Source of the DNA: an uncultured Methanosarcinales archaeon
Lineage (GTDB): Archaea; Nanobdellota; Nanobdellia; Woesearchaeales; JASKKU01
Direction of reading: 5' to 3'
NCBI GenBank assembly: GCA_964386095.1
Contig: CAYLQM010000001.1
Location: forward strand, 4,372 to 68,371
DNA: 64,000 nucleotides
Part shown: in pieces, positions 17,141 through 27,479 of the stretch
Numbering within the stretch: position 1 is the stretch's first letter
How the letters are laid out: each line of letters begins with the position of its first letter
Translations under genes and position numbers: made by a program
Notes under the pieces: generated by a model
Told to the model about the DNA's origin: nothing
Seen by the model: the letters and a program-made list of their open reading frames with translations, nothing else
Database searches by the model: none

Positions 17141-18565
17141 ATGATGACTAACAAGACTGAATTGACAGATGGATCCATTGTAAAGGCAATTTTTAAGATT
17201 TTTATCCCGGTGCTTATTGCAAACTTGCTTCAGACAGCATATAATATTACAGATACTTTTTGGGTAGGTAAACTTGGTTCAAAAGCTATAGCTTCCGTTT
17301 CTTTGAGTTTCCCAATAAACTTTCTGTTATTCTCTTTGGTTAATGGTTTTGCTCTTGCAGGGAGTATTCTCGTTGCTCAGTATCAAGGTCAAAAAAACAA
17401 AAGAATGGTTAATTATATCTCGGCGCAGACGATAACTTTCTCAATAATTGGCTCTCTGTTTATAACATTAACAGGTTATTTTTTGACTCCTTATCTGATG
17501 CCCCTTTTTACATCTGATTCTTACATCTTGAACAATTCAACAGCTTATCTTAGAACGATTTTTTTAGGTTCGGTTTTTGTGTTTACCTTTGCAGTTTTTA
17601 ATTCTTTGATGAGAGGTGTGGGTACTCCCAAGATTCCTACAAGGATTTTCTTTATTTCAGTTTTGCTCAATCTTGTTTTTGATCCGCTGTTTATAAATGG
17701 CAGTTGGATATTCCCAGCAATGGGTGTAAAGGGGGCAGCTTTTGTTACTATTCTCACACAGGCCGTGGCTTCGTTAATTGCATTCCTGTTTTTGTGCACG
17801 AAAAGAGGAGAAATACAACTTCATTTCAAAGATTTGAAGCCGAATTTTAATCAAATGAGGCGCTTGGTAAAGATTGGTTATCCTGCTTCCTTGGAGCAAA
17901 TTGCAAGGTCTTTTGGCGGGATGTTGCTGATTTTTCTGGTTTCGAGATTTGATTCAAACGTGATTGCAGCATACGGCATTGGCATGAGATTGTTTAGTTT
18001 TGTGATAATTCCTTCTTTCGCGTTTTTTGTTGCCACATCAACTTTGGTCGGTCAGAATTTAGGCGCTGGCAAAAAAGAGAGGGCTAAGAAAACAACAAAG
18101 GTCAGCATGATTTTGGCTTTCTTAACTTTAACTATTGAGGGGGTCTTAACATTTGTTTTTGCTGAACAAATCATAGGATTTTTTGTGAGTGATCAAAATG
18201 TTATACAAATTGGTAAAATCTTTGTGAGATTAATTTCTTTTGCCTTTGGTTTCTTGGGCATTCAATTGATTATAGAAGGAGCAGCAAATGGTTCGGGTAA
18301 TACCAAATTGGCAATGTTCTTTGCATTTGTTTCGTTGTTTTTTGTAAGATTGCCTTTGGCATACCTTTTATCTTTAGTGTTTAATCTTAGGGAGTTAGGA
18401 ATTTGGCTTGCTTTTTTGATAGAAATCGTTTCTTTGAGTTTTGTTTATATGTACGTTTATAATAAGAGGAGTGATGTTTGGTTCTCCAGAAAGCTTACAG
18501 AAGAGGTTGTCTTGGAATCCAAAACTTTAGAAGCGGTGGAAACTATTGATTCCGAAAAGGATTGA
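17141..18565 (+). CDS. MATE-family multidrug/oligosaccharidyl-lipid efflux transporter
   Basis: 474 aa with ~12 predicted TM helices and MATE-like duplicated halves (GKLGSKAIASVSLSFPI... and GIGMRLFSF...LVGQNLGAGK). Confidence 0.75.
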   Translation: MMTNKTELTDGSIVKAIFKIFIPVLIANLLQTAYNITDTFWVGKLGSKAIASVSLSFPINFLLFSLVNGFALAGSILVAQYQGQKNKRMVNYISAQTITFSIIGSLFITLTGYFLTPYLMPLFTSDSYILNNSTAYLRTIFLGSVFVFTFAVFNSLMRGVGTPKIPTRIFFISVLLNLVFDPLFINGSWIFPAMGVKGAAFVTILTQAVASLIAFLFLCTKRGEIQLHFKDLKPNFNQMRRLVKIGYPASLEQIARSFGGMLLIFLVSRFDSNVIAAYGIGMRLFSFVIIPSFAFFVATSTLVGQNLGAGKKERAKKTTKVSMILAFLTLTIEGVLTFVFAEQIIGFFVSDQNVIQIGKIFVRLISFAFGFLGIQLIIEGAANGSGNTKLAMFFAFVSLFFVRLPLAYLLSLVFNLRELGIWLAFLIEIVSLSFVYMYVYNKRSDVWFSRKLTEEVVLESKTLEAVETIDSEKD

Positions 18566-18707
18566 GATTTTGTAATTATCAATTTTTTGATTAGTCTTTT
18601 CTTAATATTTATCTTAGGTTTTTGTGTAAGCTAAGGAAACATTTTTTAGTTTCTTTGGGTTAGTGTTTGTGAAAATCCTTATAAAGAATTGTTTTTTCTA
18701 AAAGATT

Positions 18708-19373
18708 ATGACTTCCCAAGAGATTATTAATAAAACCGTTGAGTTTGTTAAGCAAGAGCTTAAGGATAACGAATCTGGGCATGATTGGTGGCATGTTTAT
18801 CGTGTTTGGATGCTCACAAAAAAAATTATTGAGACTGAGAGTAAGAGTTATAAGGTAAATAAATTAGTTGCAGAACTTGGTGCGCTTTTGCATGATATTG
18901 CGGATTACAAATTTTTTGATGGCGATGAATCCATAGGACTAAAGAAAGCAGAGGATTTTCTTCAATCTTTAGGCGTTGATGCAGAAACTATTTGTGCTGT
19001 TGTGGATATAATTAAAGATATTTCTTTTAAGGGGCGCATCAAAAAAGTTAGGCAGAAACCGATTGAGTTTATGATTGTTCAGGATGCTGACAGATTAGAC
19101 GCAATTGGAGCGATAGGCATTGCCAGAACATTTAATTATGGCGGGTTCAAAAAACGCTCGATTTATGAACCTGGCCAAAAGCCAAGGGTTTATAATAGTA
19201 AAGAGGAATATCTTAACACTGATTCTTCAACAATAAATCATTTTTATGAAAAACTTCTGCTGTTGAAAGATTTGATGAACACTGAAACAGGAAAGAAACT
19301 TGCTGAACACAGACACAAATTTATGGAGCAGTTTTTGGATGAATTCTTTAAAGAATGGAACGGGTTATGTTAG
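18708..19373 (+). CDS. HD-domain phosphohydrolase
   Basis: H...HD motif (WWHVYRV ... LLHDIADYKF) and downstream VQDADRLDAIGAIGIARTF, typical of the HD superfamily. Confidence 0.7.
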   Translation: MTSQEIINKTVEFVKQELKDNESGHDWWHVYRVWMLTKKIIETESKSYKVNKLVAELGALLHDIADYKFFDGDESIGLKKAEDFLQSLGVDAETICAVVDIIKDISFKGRIKKVRQKPIEFMIVQDADRLDAIGAIGIARTFNYGGFKKRSIYEPGQKPRVYNSKEEYLNTDSSTINHFYEKLLLLKDLMNTETGKKLAEHRHKFMEQFLDEFFKEWNGLC

Positions 19374-19393
19374 ATGATATTAGGACATTGAAA

Positions 19394-19468
19394 TGCCTCG
19401 CTCGGGATTTGAACCCGAGTCTTCGGCTCGAGAGGCCGAAATGATTGGCCGGACTACACCAGCGAGGC
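19394..19468 (-). tRNA. tRNA-Glu (anticodon CUC)
   Basis: Minus-strand read: GCCTCGCTGGTGTAGTCCGGCCAATCATTTCGGCCTCTCGAGCCGAAGACTCGGGTTCAAATCCCGAGCGAGGCA. Acceptor GCCTCGC/GCGAGGC; anticodon stem TCGGC/GCCGA with loop CTCTCGA; T-arm TCGGG/CCCGA. The D-region GGTGTAGTCCGGCCAATCAT is typical of archaeal tRNA-Glu. Confidence 0.85.
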
Positions 19469-19574
19469 GTTATTTAAATTGGGTGAGTATTTGATTTTTA
19501 AAGTTTTTGCTAATTTGCACTCAGTTAATCTTGAAGCAATCTTAAAGAACAGGACCAAAGAAAATAAAGCAGTT

Positions 19575-20945
19575 TTACTTTCTTCTGTAAATGATATGAT
19601 TCGGAGTCATAATTCTGCGATTTGAATCGTTATTCATGGATACCTCGTAAGTGAAATTGTCAATTTTTTCTTCTATTTTGTGAAGAAATTGTGTTACCAT
19701 CTCAGATGCCATTACAATCGGGTCATCATATTTGTCATTTTCCAACATGCCCGTTTTTATAATTTCGTTGCCGATGTTTAATAAATTATATCGCTTGAAT
19801 GTATGATCGTATTCTTTAAAGATGTTTTTTAAAGTATTAACATCTATGCCGTCGTCATTAAACTTATCATAATTTAGATTTAGCATAATTAAATACGCTT
19901 TGTAACTTTTTTCAATTTGGTTCAAGAAGAAGGAAGCATTCTGGTTAACGGCGTAAAGTCTTTTTAGATATCTCTCAAGTTTTTCCTGTTCGCGGTCTTT
20001 TGCAATCTTGATTCTTTGACTTTCAATTTTCTTTTCTTTGTATCTTTTTTCGGCTTCAAGTATCCTAAGTTTTATTTTCTTTTGAACATTATTTATCTTG
20101 TTCTTGATTTCTGTATGTTTATCACGATTTTCCAGAAATATGTACCTGCTGAATTCAACAAACTTTTCACTTTCTTCTTTGTTGAAGTTCTTGGCTTCGA
20201 TTAAATATTGCTCAAAATAGGGGATTATTTTTTCAAGGGCGAATCTTTCATCATTGTCTTTGTCTCTATATTTTAAATTCAACATGCTGATATTGGATTT
20301 AAAGTGAGGCACAAATCTGCCATCGTACATTAAATTAAAGAAGCTCCTTTCGGGCCAGATGAAATTTGCATAGTTTGCATTAGAGATAACATCATCTAAA
20401 GAAAGTCTTTCTTTTGGGGCGATTTTATCAATTCTTTTATTGAACTCATCCAAAGAATCAGATGAATTTATGAGATGGTAAAATATTTGTTTTTGGGCCA
20501 TTTTTTCAAATAGAATATCGTTACGGATTATGTTTATAAACGGACCTTCAATCTTGCTGGTATCTTTATCGAGTTGAGCTAATGCCCGTTCATAAAACTT
20601 GGATGCAGTTTTCAGCTGTTTATTTTCTATCAGTTCTTTGAGAGGCGATTCATAAACGCTTGCAAAATTTAGATTTTGCCAAAATGAACGATTTATTAAA
20701 TCAAGGGATTGATTGTTATAGAATAATTTTGATCGGGTTAGAATCACTTTTTTGATGATGGAATCAATCTTTTTTTGCATTGCACTATTTTGCTTTTCAT
20801 AAAGATTTTTGTTTTGATTCATTGATTCTGAATTTTTTAAAATCTCATTTGTAATGCATCTCACAGCATCTTGTTTAGATTCTTCAATGAGCTCTTTAAG
20901 CGACTTAAAAGATTCTCCTTTTTCATCTGAATTTGACACAGCCAT
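19575..20945 (-). CDS. Hypothetical protein (456 aa, Lys/Glu-rich, partly coiled-coil)
   Basis: Long ORF with no recognisable catalytic motif. First gene of the ORFan block next to tRNA-Glu. Confidence 0.45.
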   Translation of the reverse strand: MAVSNSDEKGESFKSLKELIEESKQDAVRCITNEILKNSESMNQNKNLYEKQNSAMQKKIDSIIKKVILTRSKLFYNNQSLDLINRSFWQNLNFASVYESPLKELIENKQLKTASKFYERALAQLDKDTSKIEGPFINIIRNDILFEKMAQKQIFYHLINSSDSLDEFNKRIDKIAPKERLSLDDVISNANYANFIWPERSFFNLMYDGRFVPHFKSNISMLNLKYRDKDNDERFALEKIIPYFEQYLIEAKNFNKEESEKFVEFSRYIFLENRDKHTEIKNKINNVQKKIKLRILEAEKRYKEKKIESQRIKIAKDREQEKLERYLKRLYAVNQNASFFLNQIEKSYKAYLIMLNLNYDKFNDDGIDVNTLKNIFKEYDHTFKRYNLLNIGNEIIKTGMLENDKYDDPIVMASEMVTQFLHKIEEKIDNFTYEVSMNNDSNRRIMTPNHIIYRRK

Positions 20946-21077
20946 TTTATCACAGGGTAGTGATGAACATAAGTATTTAAAACTTTTGGTTTTTGCTTGC
21001 CATCCTTTATTGCTTTTTAAAAGGATTTTGCGATGTTTTAAAAAGATTTTTAAATTAAGGTTTTAAATATATGTTGT

Positions 21078-21641
21078 ATGGGCGAGCTTTATACAGTAAC
21101 AGTTGTCAAGGAGGAAGTTGTGCATAAGGGAAAGTATAATATTTTTTTGTTTTATGAAGCTCTCCATAGATGGTTTGTCGAGAATAAGTTTTTAGATGAC
21201 TCCGGAAGCGATAATTACCTTGAAACTTATTATTATGAGGACAGGGGCAGTGCTAAAGAAATATATTTCAGATGGAGAACAAAAAAAGGTAGCGATTCCA
21301 AATATTTTAATTATGCTTTGAATCTGGATGCGCATATTGTTGGTTTAAGAGAGGTGGAAACTGTAATTGACGGCAAAAAAATGACTTTGGACAGTGGAGA
21401 AATTACTTTGAATATTGAATCAAAAATGACCATGGATTTGGGAGATTTGCCTTCAAACCCGTTGGTTGGCTTTTTTTACAAGAAATTTTTGGATAGATGG
21501 TTAAAACCTAAATTTGAGTTTTATAAGGATGAGCTTAAGGACAAGACTCTTGGTCTCATAGGTTTCATAAAATCATACTTCCAGATGCCTGGAGCAAAGA
21601 TGGAACCTTCATTTACCCCCTCAAGAGGTGTAGGTGATTAA
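21078..21641 (+). CDS. Hypothetical protein (187 aa)
   Basis: ORF with no recognisable domain. Confidence 0.45.
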   Translation: MGELYTVTVVKEEVVHKGKYNIFLFYEALHRWFVENKFLDDSGSDNYLETYYYEDRGSAKEIYFRWRTKKGSDSKYFNYALNLDAHIVGLREVETVIDGKKMTLDSGEITLNIESKMTMDLGDLPSNPLVGFFYKKFLDRWLKPKFEFYKDELKDKTLGLIGFIKSYFQMPGAKMEPSFTPSRGVGD

Positions 21642-21803
21642 CTTTTCAATTTTTTGCAATTGTAATTTTGATAATCTTGATTTTTGAGAGATAGGTTTAT
21701 AAATGATGAAAATTGGATAAAATCCTTATTTGTTAATTTATTTTTGTTAGTTTGTGATATTTGGTTTATGATATTCAATATGCAAATCTGAAGAGGTGTT
21801 CCT

Positions 21804-22388
21804 ATGTTAGATTTTGAAAAAATTCAAAAAAAGGCAAATCTCGCTAAAGAGTTGGTTAGCAAGGGTATTGCTGTGGACTTGGAAGAAGCATATGAGATGA
21901 TTGAAAATGGTGGATTAGTTGATGCGCCGGAAGAGAATTCAAAGTTCTTTAAGAACATAAATTTAGGAAAATCAAAGATTAAAGAATCTTTAAAAAAGAA
22001 AGCTTCTAACGAAAAGTCGCAGAAAACGTCTTCATCCAAGACTTCTACAGAACAGGATTATAAAATTGAGGTTCTGAATGAAAAACTTATCAGGTTGCAG
22101 GAGAGGGTTTCGCATTTAAACAAGCATATTGAAAACTTGCAAGCATTCTTTGATACGAACTTGCAGGCGATAGAAAATAGACTTAAAGAACTTGAGCAGA
22201 AAATAGCAGACAGTGGAAAAACGAAATCGATTCCTGAGAATGATGTTAAGGATTCTGAGGAAATCAAAGAGTCGGTTAACGAAAATTTGAACGCGAATGA
22301 AAAGAGAGAGCATAACGAAGAACCAAAGACCGATTCAAACATTTCCATACAAAATATCTTTAACAATTCCCATAATCGGTTAGTTTAA
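21804..22388 (+). CDS. Hypothetical acidic coiled-coil protein (194 aa)
   Basis: GAGGTG Shine-Dalgarno-like sequence 7 bp upstream of the ATG. Heptad-like region IEVLNEKLIRLQERVSHLNKHIENLQAFF. Confidence 0.45.
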   Translation: MLDFEKIQKKANLAKELVSKGIAVDLEEAYEMIENGGLVDAPEENSKFFKNINLGKSKIKESLKKKASNEKSQKTSSSKTSTEQDYKIEVLNEKLIRLQERVSHLNKHIENLQAFFDTNLQAIENRLKELEQKIADSGKTKSIPENDVKDSEEIKESVNENLNANEKREHNEEPKTDSNISIQNIFNNSHNRLV

Positions 22389-22419
22389 TCAGATTTTCTG
22401 TTGCCTTATTTTTTTATTT

Positions 22420-23184
22420 TTACCAAATGTCTGAGTTTTGATTCTTGGGTCTTTTCTTATGATTTTTTGTTCTGTTCTTGTTAAAAGTTATTTCCTTCTT
22501 TTTTTCAGAAAGATTCTTTGCCGAGATGAACAAGAAAATAATGTAAAAAAGGAATTCAAGATACAACGTTTTTTTGAACAGATTGATAATTCGTCCAATT
22601 AGGATTATTGAAGTGTATCCCAGGGAAACCTGGAACACTTTTGAGAATCTTAACCAACGCTTCCTTGCCCTGAGAATTGAGAAAGAAACAATGCTTGCAA
22701 CAAGAGCAATAATTATCAATTTTCCAAGTCGCAAAAAGCTCTGGTAAATGATGTTTCCTATTGAAAAAAGGATGTAACTGTTTCTTATAAGAATATGAAA
22801 TTCCCTTGATGCGGTAATGTTTGCAGTTTCAACCCGCTGAAAACAAGTGCTGAGGCATATCGGATTCTTGATATAAATGATTGAACTGTTTACGAAGTTT
22901 TTGTTTGATATGTCGACTTTTAAAGATGAAATGTTGAAATCATCTGGAAGCAGTGCCCACTGTTTTGTGATGACCGGTTTATTCCCGAGGAACATTAAAT
23001 TTAAAGAGTAATCGTTGCTTTTTAGAAGCGTAGATAAATCTTGCCAATAGAGGAAAGCATTAAATATGCTTAAGATTGTAGAAAATATCAGGAGAATTAG
23101 GATTATGTTTATTGTTTTTATTGATGAAAGCTTCTTAGCTTTAAACGGGTTAATAGAATAAAAAAGCGTTTTGAATAACTTCAT
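22420..23184 (-). CDS. Hypothetical membrane protein (254 aa; N- and C-terminal TM helices with an extracytoplasmic middle domain)
   Basis: TM segments INIILILLIFSTILSIF and LIIIALVASIVSFSIL. Last gene of the minus-strand cluster 26884->22420. Confidence 0.45.
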   Translation of the reverse strand: MKLFKTLFYSINPFKAKKLSSIKTINIILILLIFSTILSIFNAFLYWQDLSTLLKSNDYSLNLMFLGNKPVITKQWALLPDDFNISSLKVDISNKNFVNSSIIYIKNPICLSTCFQRVETANITASREFHILIRNSYILFSIGNIIYQSFLRLGKLIIIALVASIVSFSILRARKRWLRFSKVFQVSLGYTSIILIGRIINLFKKTLYLEFLFYIIFLFISAKNLSEKKKEITFNKNRTKNHKKRPKNQNSDIW

Positions 23185-23204
23185 TTTTTACATCCCCCTG
23201 AATT

Positions 23205-25694
23205 TTATGTTGTATAACTGTCTCCTAAAATTACTGGATCATCGAATCCAAGTTTTGGAAGCGAGGCAAAATATGGTGAGTTAAGATAATAATTATACAC
23301 TTTCGATTGATAAAGATTTGCCTTTTCTAATACTTCCTTAAAGTAAGCCGCTGTTTCAAGAACCCTTCGTGGATAAAATCTGCTTTGATCGGGAATGTGA
23401 ATGTCTGCTGCTGCAGCTGCATTCTCCAATGTTTCTCCAAGCTTTTCCTTGTCCCTCGCTCCCGGATATTTTTCTAAGAAATTATCTACATTAGATGGTC
23501 CCCAGTTGTATGCGAGTAATGCAACACCTAAGTTGTTATTATATCTTTTTATTAAATTTTTTAGGTATCGCACTGCAACAACCATATTTGGTTCATATTT
23601 GTTCATATCCTCCCACTCGTATCCTTCACCAAAGTCTTCCCAAACTGCATCGGAAACTTGACAGACTCCCTTGATGTTTTTAAGTCCTTCTGAGTTAGTT
23701 ATTTTGATTTCTTTGCCGTTTTCTTTTTCACCCAAACGATGCTTCTGTTGGATGCCACCTTCAATTGTTGCCAAGCCCATGAGAAGTGCAGGATCAAAAT
23801 TATTTTCCTCTGCAACCTTCTGAGCTGTAGAATAAAGTATTGGATAATCACCGATCAATTCAGCATAGGTTTTGCTAACCTTGTTGTTAGAAAATTCTGT
23901 TTTTTCTATTTTTTCAACGAATTCTTCATCAGCCTTTGCTGAGAGAGTTTTTTTTTTAATTACTTTAACCGCGGGACTTGAGATTTCGTATTCATATTTT
24001 ATTTTGGTATATACTGGCAGTACGGCTTTATAACTTTCAGAAAGAATGTTGCTGTCAATAGTCATAATGCATGGCAAAATGTATTGGTCGCCTTGTTTTA
24101 TTAAGTTCACTTCCTCAATACTTTCGAAGCAATGATAAGCTCCTTGTAGTGTGCTTGTGTCGTCAAAACCGAAATCCGAGAAACAATTCTTTCCTGTTTC
24201 TTCAAGGCCACAATCTGATAGATGTATTTCTTTTGGAGCAAGTATCTTTACATTCTTAATCTCCTTAAATCTTCCACTTCCACTGTTTCTTACGGAAAGG
24301 ATAAACATGTGTTTGTTGTTTTTGGTTGAAATTTGAATGGGATATTCACTCATTTCCCCATTGGCAGATAATCCTACAACAACAGGACCTGAAGAACTCT
24401 TGGTTGATTGGGGTCCATTGAGAAAACCCGATTCTTCAAGATAAGGATTTTTGTTTTGAGCAATGTATTCATATAACTTTTGCTGTTGCATAAAGTAAAA
24501 TTCTCGACTTGCAAATGTGGAAAATTCATAAATTACGTTGGCCTTTAGGGAAGCTTGATAGCTCTTATCAAAAGATATAGCTTCTGAAGGGATCTCGCAA
24601 TTAAGGATTTGGTAACTTAAGGCATTTCTCAAAGGAGCTGGCTCGTCGCAATTAATGCTGTAGCCATTGTCAATGTCTCCAGAAATGGAGTCTATTCTAA
24701 TGGTGTACTTCTCGGTGTTATTAAGGATTTCTCTGGGAATTTGATTCTGACTAGCGCCCTTAAATGATGCACTTATTTTTAACTCAATTTTCTCATTTTC
24801 ATCTACATAAGGCGGCAAAGGTAATGCTGAGGTTATTTTCACTTCTAAAGCTTGTTGCTTGGCGTCATATTGTCCTCTGTCTGATTGGAATGGAGCAATT
24901 CTTTCATTGATCCAGCTTCCGTTTATTAGTCTCTTGATTGGATTAATTATTGAATTTTTAAAGGAACCCCAGAAAGCTTTTGAACCTTCTTTCAAGCGTT
25001 CTGTGATGCTTTTCATCGCAATTTTAGCTTGAATTTGTTCTCCAGGATTGAGCCCTGGAACAGATATCTGCGATGAAATCCTTTGAATATAAGGCCAGGA
25101 CATAAGTGCGAGGAATATTAAAAAAATGGCTATAATCTTTCTAACAAAAGGTGTTGTGGAAGGTCTCTTATAGCTTGAATACAATAGTGCGAACAAGGGC
25201 CATATTGGTAGTAATATCCTGTTCACCAAGAAATATGGATTATTAATCATTCTTGACAGAAGGGGAAAGAAATATACTTCAATCACAAGAATTAGACCAA
25301 AAGCAATGATGTTTCTAAACAGGGCTGTCAAAAAGCCTTCTCCTTCATTCCTCAAAATTGAAAAAATCATTACGAAAAATAGAGCTATCCAAAAATGAAT
25401 TGCATAAACTGAGGAAATGTAAGAATAACCAAACATGATCCCGTCGATGAAAATGTGCTGGAAAATCGTAATTAGAATGAACAGGTCGTAAACATCATAT
25501 GGAAAAAAAGAGCGCAAGAACGCGAACAATCCTTTCCCAACTTTCTTTCCCATTCCAAAACCAACCCCCCCAATTACTCCTGCTGCAAGCTGAGGGCTTA
25601 TCATTCGTGGTGTGTTGAGAAAACCTCCGATTTTTTTAAAAGCGCTACCAATTACGCTCCCAAGTCCTTTAAGAAGACTAGCCTTCTCGCTCAT
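23205..25694 (-). CDS. Large polytopic membrane protein (829 aa) with a C-terminal lytic-transglycosylase (SLT/GH23 lysozyme-like) domain
   Basis: ~7 N-terminal TM helices, a large non-cytoplasmic middle region, and a C-terminal SLT-like segment: LLMGLATIEGGIQQ...SEGLKNIKGVCQVSDAVWEDF...VAVRYLKNLIKRY...LLAYNWGPSNV. Compare the SLT signature ES...GLMQ...AYNaGpG. Confidence 0.5.
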   Translation of the reverse strand: MSEKASLLKGLGSVIGSAFKKIGGFLNTPRMISPQLAAGVIGGVGFGMGKKVGKGLFAFLRSFFPYDVYDLFILITIFQHIFIDGIMFGYSYISSVYAIHFWIALFFVMIFSILRNEGEGFLTALFRNIIAFGLILVIEVYFFPLLSRMINNPYFLVNRILLPIWPLFALLYSSYKRPSTTPFVRKIIAIFLIFLALMSWPYIQRISSQISVPGLNPGEQIQAKIAMKSITERLKEGSKAFWGSFKNSIINPIKRLINGSWINERIAPFQSDRGQYDAKQQALEVKITSALPLPPYVDENEKIELKISASFKGASQNQIPREILNNTEKYTIRIDSISGDIDNGYSINCDEPAPLRNALSYQILNCEIPSEAISFDKSYQASLKANVIYEFSTFASREFYFMQQQKLYEYIAQNKNPYLEESGFLNGPQSTKSSSGPVVVGLSANGEMSEYPIQISTKNNKHMFILSVRNSGSGRFKEIKNVKILAPKEIHLSDCGLEETGKNCFSDFGFDDTSTLQGAYHCFESIEEVNLIKQGDQYILPCIMTIDSNILSESYKAVLPVYTKIKYEYEISSPAVKVIKKKTLSAKADEEFVEKIEKTEFSNNKVSKTYAELIGDYPILYSTAQKVAEENNFDPALLMGLATIEGGIQQKHRLGEKENGKEIKITNSEGLKNIKGVCQVSDAVWEDFGEGYEWEDMNKYEPNMVVAVRYLKNLIKRYNNNLGVALLAYNWGPSNVDNFLEKYPGARDKEKLGETLENAAAAADIHIPDQSRFYPRRVLETAAYFKEVLEKANLYQSKVYNYYLNSPYFASLPKLGFDDPVILGDSYTT

Positions 25695-25705
25695 ACTTTT
25701 TTCAC

Positions 25706-26884
25706 CTAATTATCGGAGATGTATATCTCTAAATGCAGAATGTTCACTTCCTCTGAAACAGGTTCTATTTTTAAATAGTTATTTCCTTCTCTCAGAAATG
25801 AGTTTACTTTGTAAGTGTATATCCTGTCAGAAGTTTCAATATCTGTTTTTATGCCATTAATGTTAACAATAAGTCTTCTATTCTTCAAGTCATCAGGAAA
25901 CTCGACTTTGAGAATAGCATCTTTTGAATTGAGCGAATCAATCTGTTCTTTAGAAACCTGGAAGTAGTATAGTGGATAAGAGGCTTCTTTCAGTTTTGTG
26001 ACAAGTTTAAGCTCATCAATTTTTAAAACGCCTTTTTCAAGAGAGAATTCTAAGTTGTTTTCTCCTTCCAGTATCCTCGATTGACTGATTTCTATTACAT
26101 TAAGGTTGTTGCATGCAGGCGTGCTTTCGTGGACTATTTGATTGTTTAGTTTAATGGTGAGTTTGCCGACTTTGTTAATATCGCAAGTGGTAATGAAATA
26201 AAGTTTAGCAGACTTTAAATTATTAAATTCCTTCTCATAAAGCATAAAACCTGTTTTAGCTGTTAAACTGTCTTTTTTTAGGATGTTAGCTATGATCTTT
26301 AAGTCATTTAATTTAAGTTTGCTCTTGAAGAAAATGAATGGTTTGCCCAGTTTGAAAGCGAGCGTGTTTTCTTTTTGAAGATATTTTGCCGGAATTTCTA
26401 TCGGGTTAATGCTTCCAGAATGTAGTTTATCAGAATAAATCGTATAACCGTTGAGGATTATGTTAGTGATTCCTTTTGATTCATCCACTTTAAAACTAAG
26501 ATATGCTTTTTCTACTTCTTCAGGGTTATCTAGAAGGAACCTTACTTCATTGCTTTTTTCGGAAAAAAAGCTCCTGTCTGTGTAAAAAGAATTTAGGTAA
26601 AAAATCTCTTGGGGTAATGACTCCGCGCAGAGATACAACATGGGCATGGGATGTTCTATCGAATCTTGATCAATTTTGTTAATCTTGCCAGGACTTCTTG
26701 AAAGCAGAGTGTTTGAATTAACCGTTGAAACATTTGAGCTCGTTGTTTCATTATCAGAACCCAGAATTTCATCTCTCGCCTCTGGGGGAATTAAAAGGAG
26801 ATATGCTATGAACAAAAGAATAATTAACACGACAATCATTGATGGTTTTAACTCTTGACCTCTTTTGGAATTGGGCATTGACAT
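25706..26884 (-). CDS. Hypothetical secreted/membrane-anchored protein (392 aa)
   Basis: N-terminal signal-anchor MIVVLIILLFIAYLLLI, then a Ser/Thr-rich linker and a beta-rich domain. First gene of the cluster. Confidence 0.45.
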   Translation of the reverse strand: MSMPNSKRGQELKPSMIVVLIILLFIAYLLLIPPEARDEILGSDNETTSSNVSTVNSNTLLSRSPGKINKIDQDSIEHPMPMLYLCAESLPQEIFYLNSFYTDRSFFSEKSNEVRFLLDNPEEVEKAYLSFKVDESKGITNIILNGYTIYSDKLHSGSINPIEIPAKYLQKENTLAFKLGKPFIFFKSKLKLNDLKIIANILKKDSLTAKTGFMLYEKEFNNLKSAKLYFITTCDINKVGKLTIKLNNQIVHESTPACNNLNVIEISQSRILEGENNLEFSLEKGVLKIDELKLVTKLKEASYPLYYFQVSKEQIDSLNSKDAILKVEFPDDLKNRRLIVNINGIKTDIETSDRIYTYKVNSFLREGNNYLKIEPVSEEVNILHLEIYISDN

Positions 26885-26997
26885 TTTTTCACTTCTTTAT
26901 ATCTTGATTATATCTTGAAACTGCTTATTTTTAAATTTTTTTTATTTATACAATTTTCGTTTACTCCCTTTAAAAATAAAACAGTATACAAAAAAAC

Positions 26998-27019
26998 ACA
27001 ACCTTTAAATAAAGGTTGT
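26998..27019. promoter_or_regulatory. Perfect inverted repeat ACAACCTTTA-AA-TAAAGGTTGT (10-bp arms) 14 bp upstream of gene 27033
   Basis: Read directly from the sequence. Placed over the promoter/5'UTR of the first paralog. Confidence 0.45.
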
Positions 27020-27032
27020 TACCTTATTTTGC

Positions 27033-27479
27033 TTGAGAATGGTAATTTTATTTGATAAATTCAATTTGCCTGATGATATTTTGGATGTTATTTTCTCAAC
27101 CAATAATCAGAGAGCTGTCGCTAAGCTGCTTATGGAATACTTTAAGCAGAATGATGGGGTTCTTGATAAAAAGCAAATGTCCCTATTTGCTAATTCGCTT
27201 CATCTTGGCTTAATTTTTAAGGGGGATATTGAAGGCATTAAAAGTCATAAACCTTTGGTATATAATAAAAGGCAATTTTACGATAGAATTATTACCCCAA
27301 TGAAGAGCATGGGCCTAATTACTTATGATTTGTATGATAAAAAATATAAATTGGGCGGTGATTTTAAAACTCAAATGGCAAAGCTTGGCGAACTGTTTGA
27401 AAAGAAAATAAATGAAGAAAAGAAAGATATAAAGTTCTCTTTCTATCCTCCTGAAGAGATAAAACGAAAGTTACAATAA
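27033..27479 (+). CDS. Small winged-helix-like protein, paralog 1 (148 aa)
   Basis: ~50% identical to ORF 28258..28671 over ~120 aa. Shared blocks: MVILFD.(F/Y)NLP(D/E)DI..VIFST, MSLFA..LH, YNKRQFYDRI(I/L)TPMKSMG(L/M)I.YDLY.K.Y.L. Confidence 0.5.
   Translation: MRMVILFDKFNLPDDILDVIFSTNNQRAVAKLLMEYFKQNDGVLDKKQMSLFANSLHLGLIFKGDIEGIKSHKPLVYNKRQFYDRIITPMKSMGLITYDLYDKKYKLGGDFKTQMAKLGELFEKKINEEKKDIKFSFYPPEEIKRKLQ

Noticed and set aside
19394-19575. Integrase or attachment-site repeat next to tRNA-Glu
   Set aside because: No tyrosine/serine recombinase motifs in neighbouring ORFs. No copy of the tRNA 3' half was spotted by eye elsewhere in the window.
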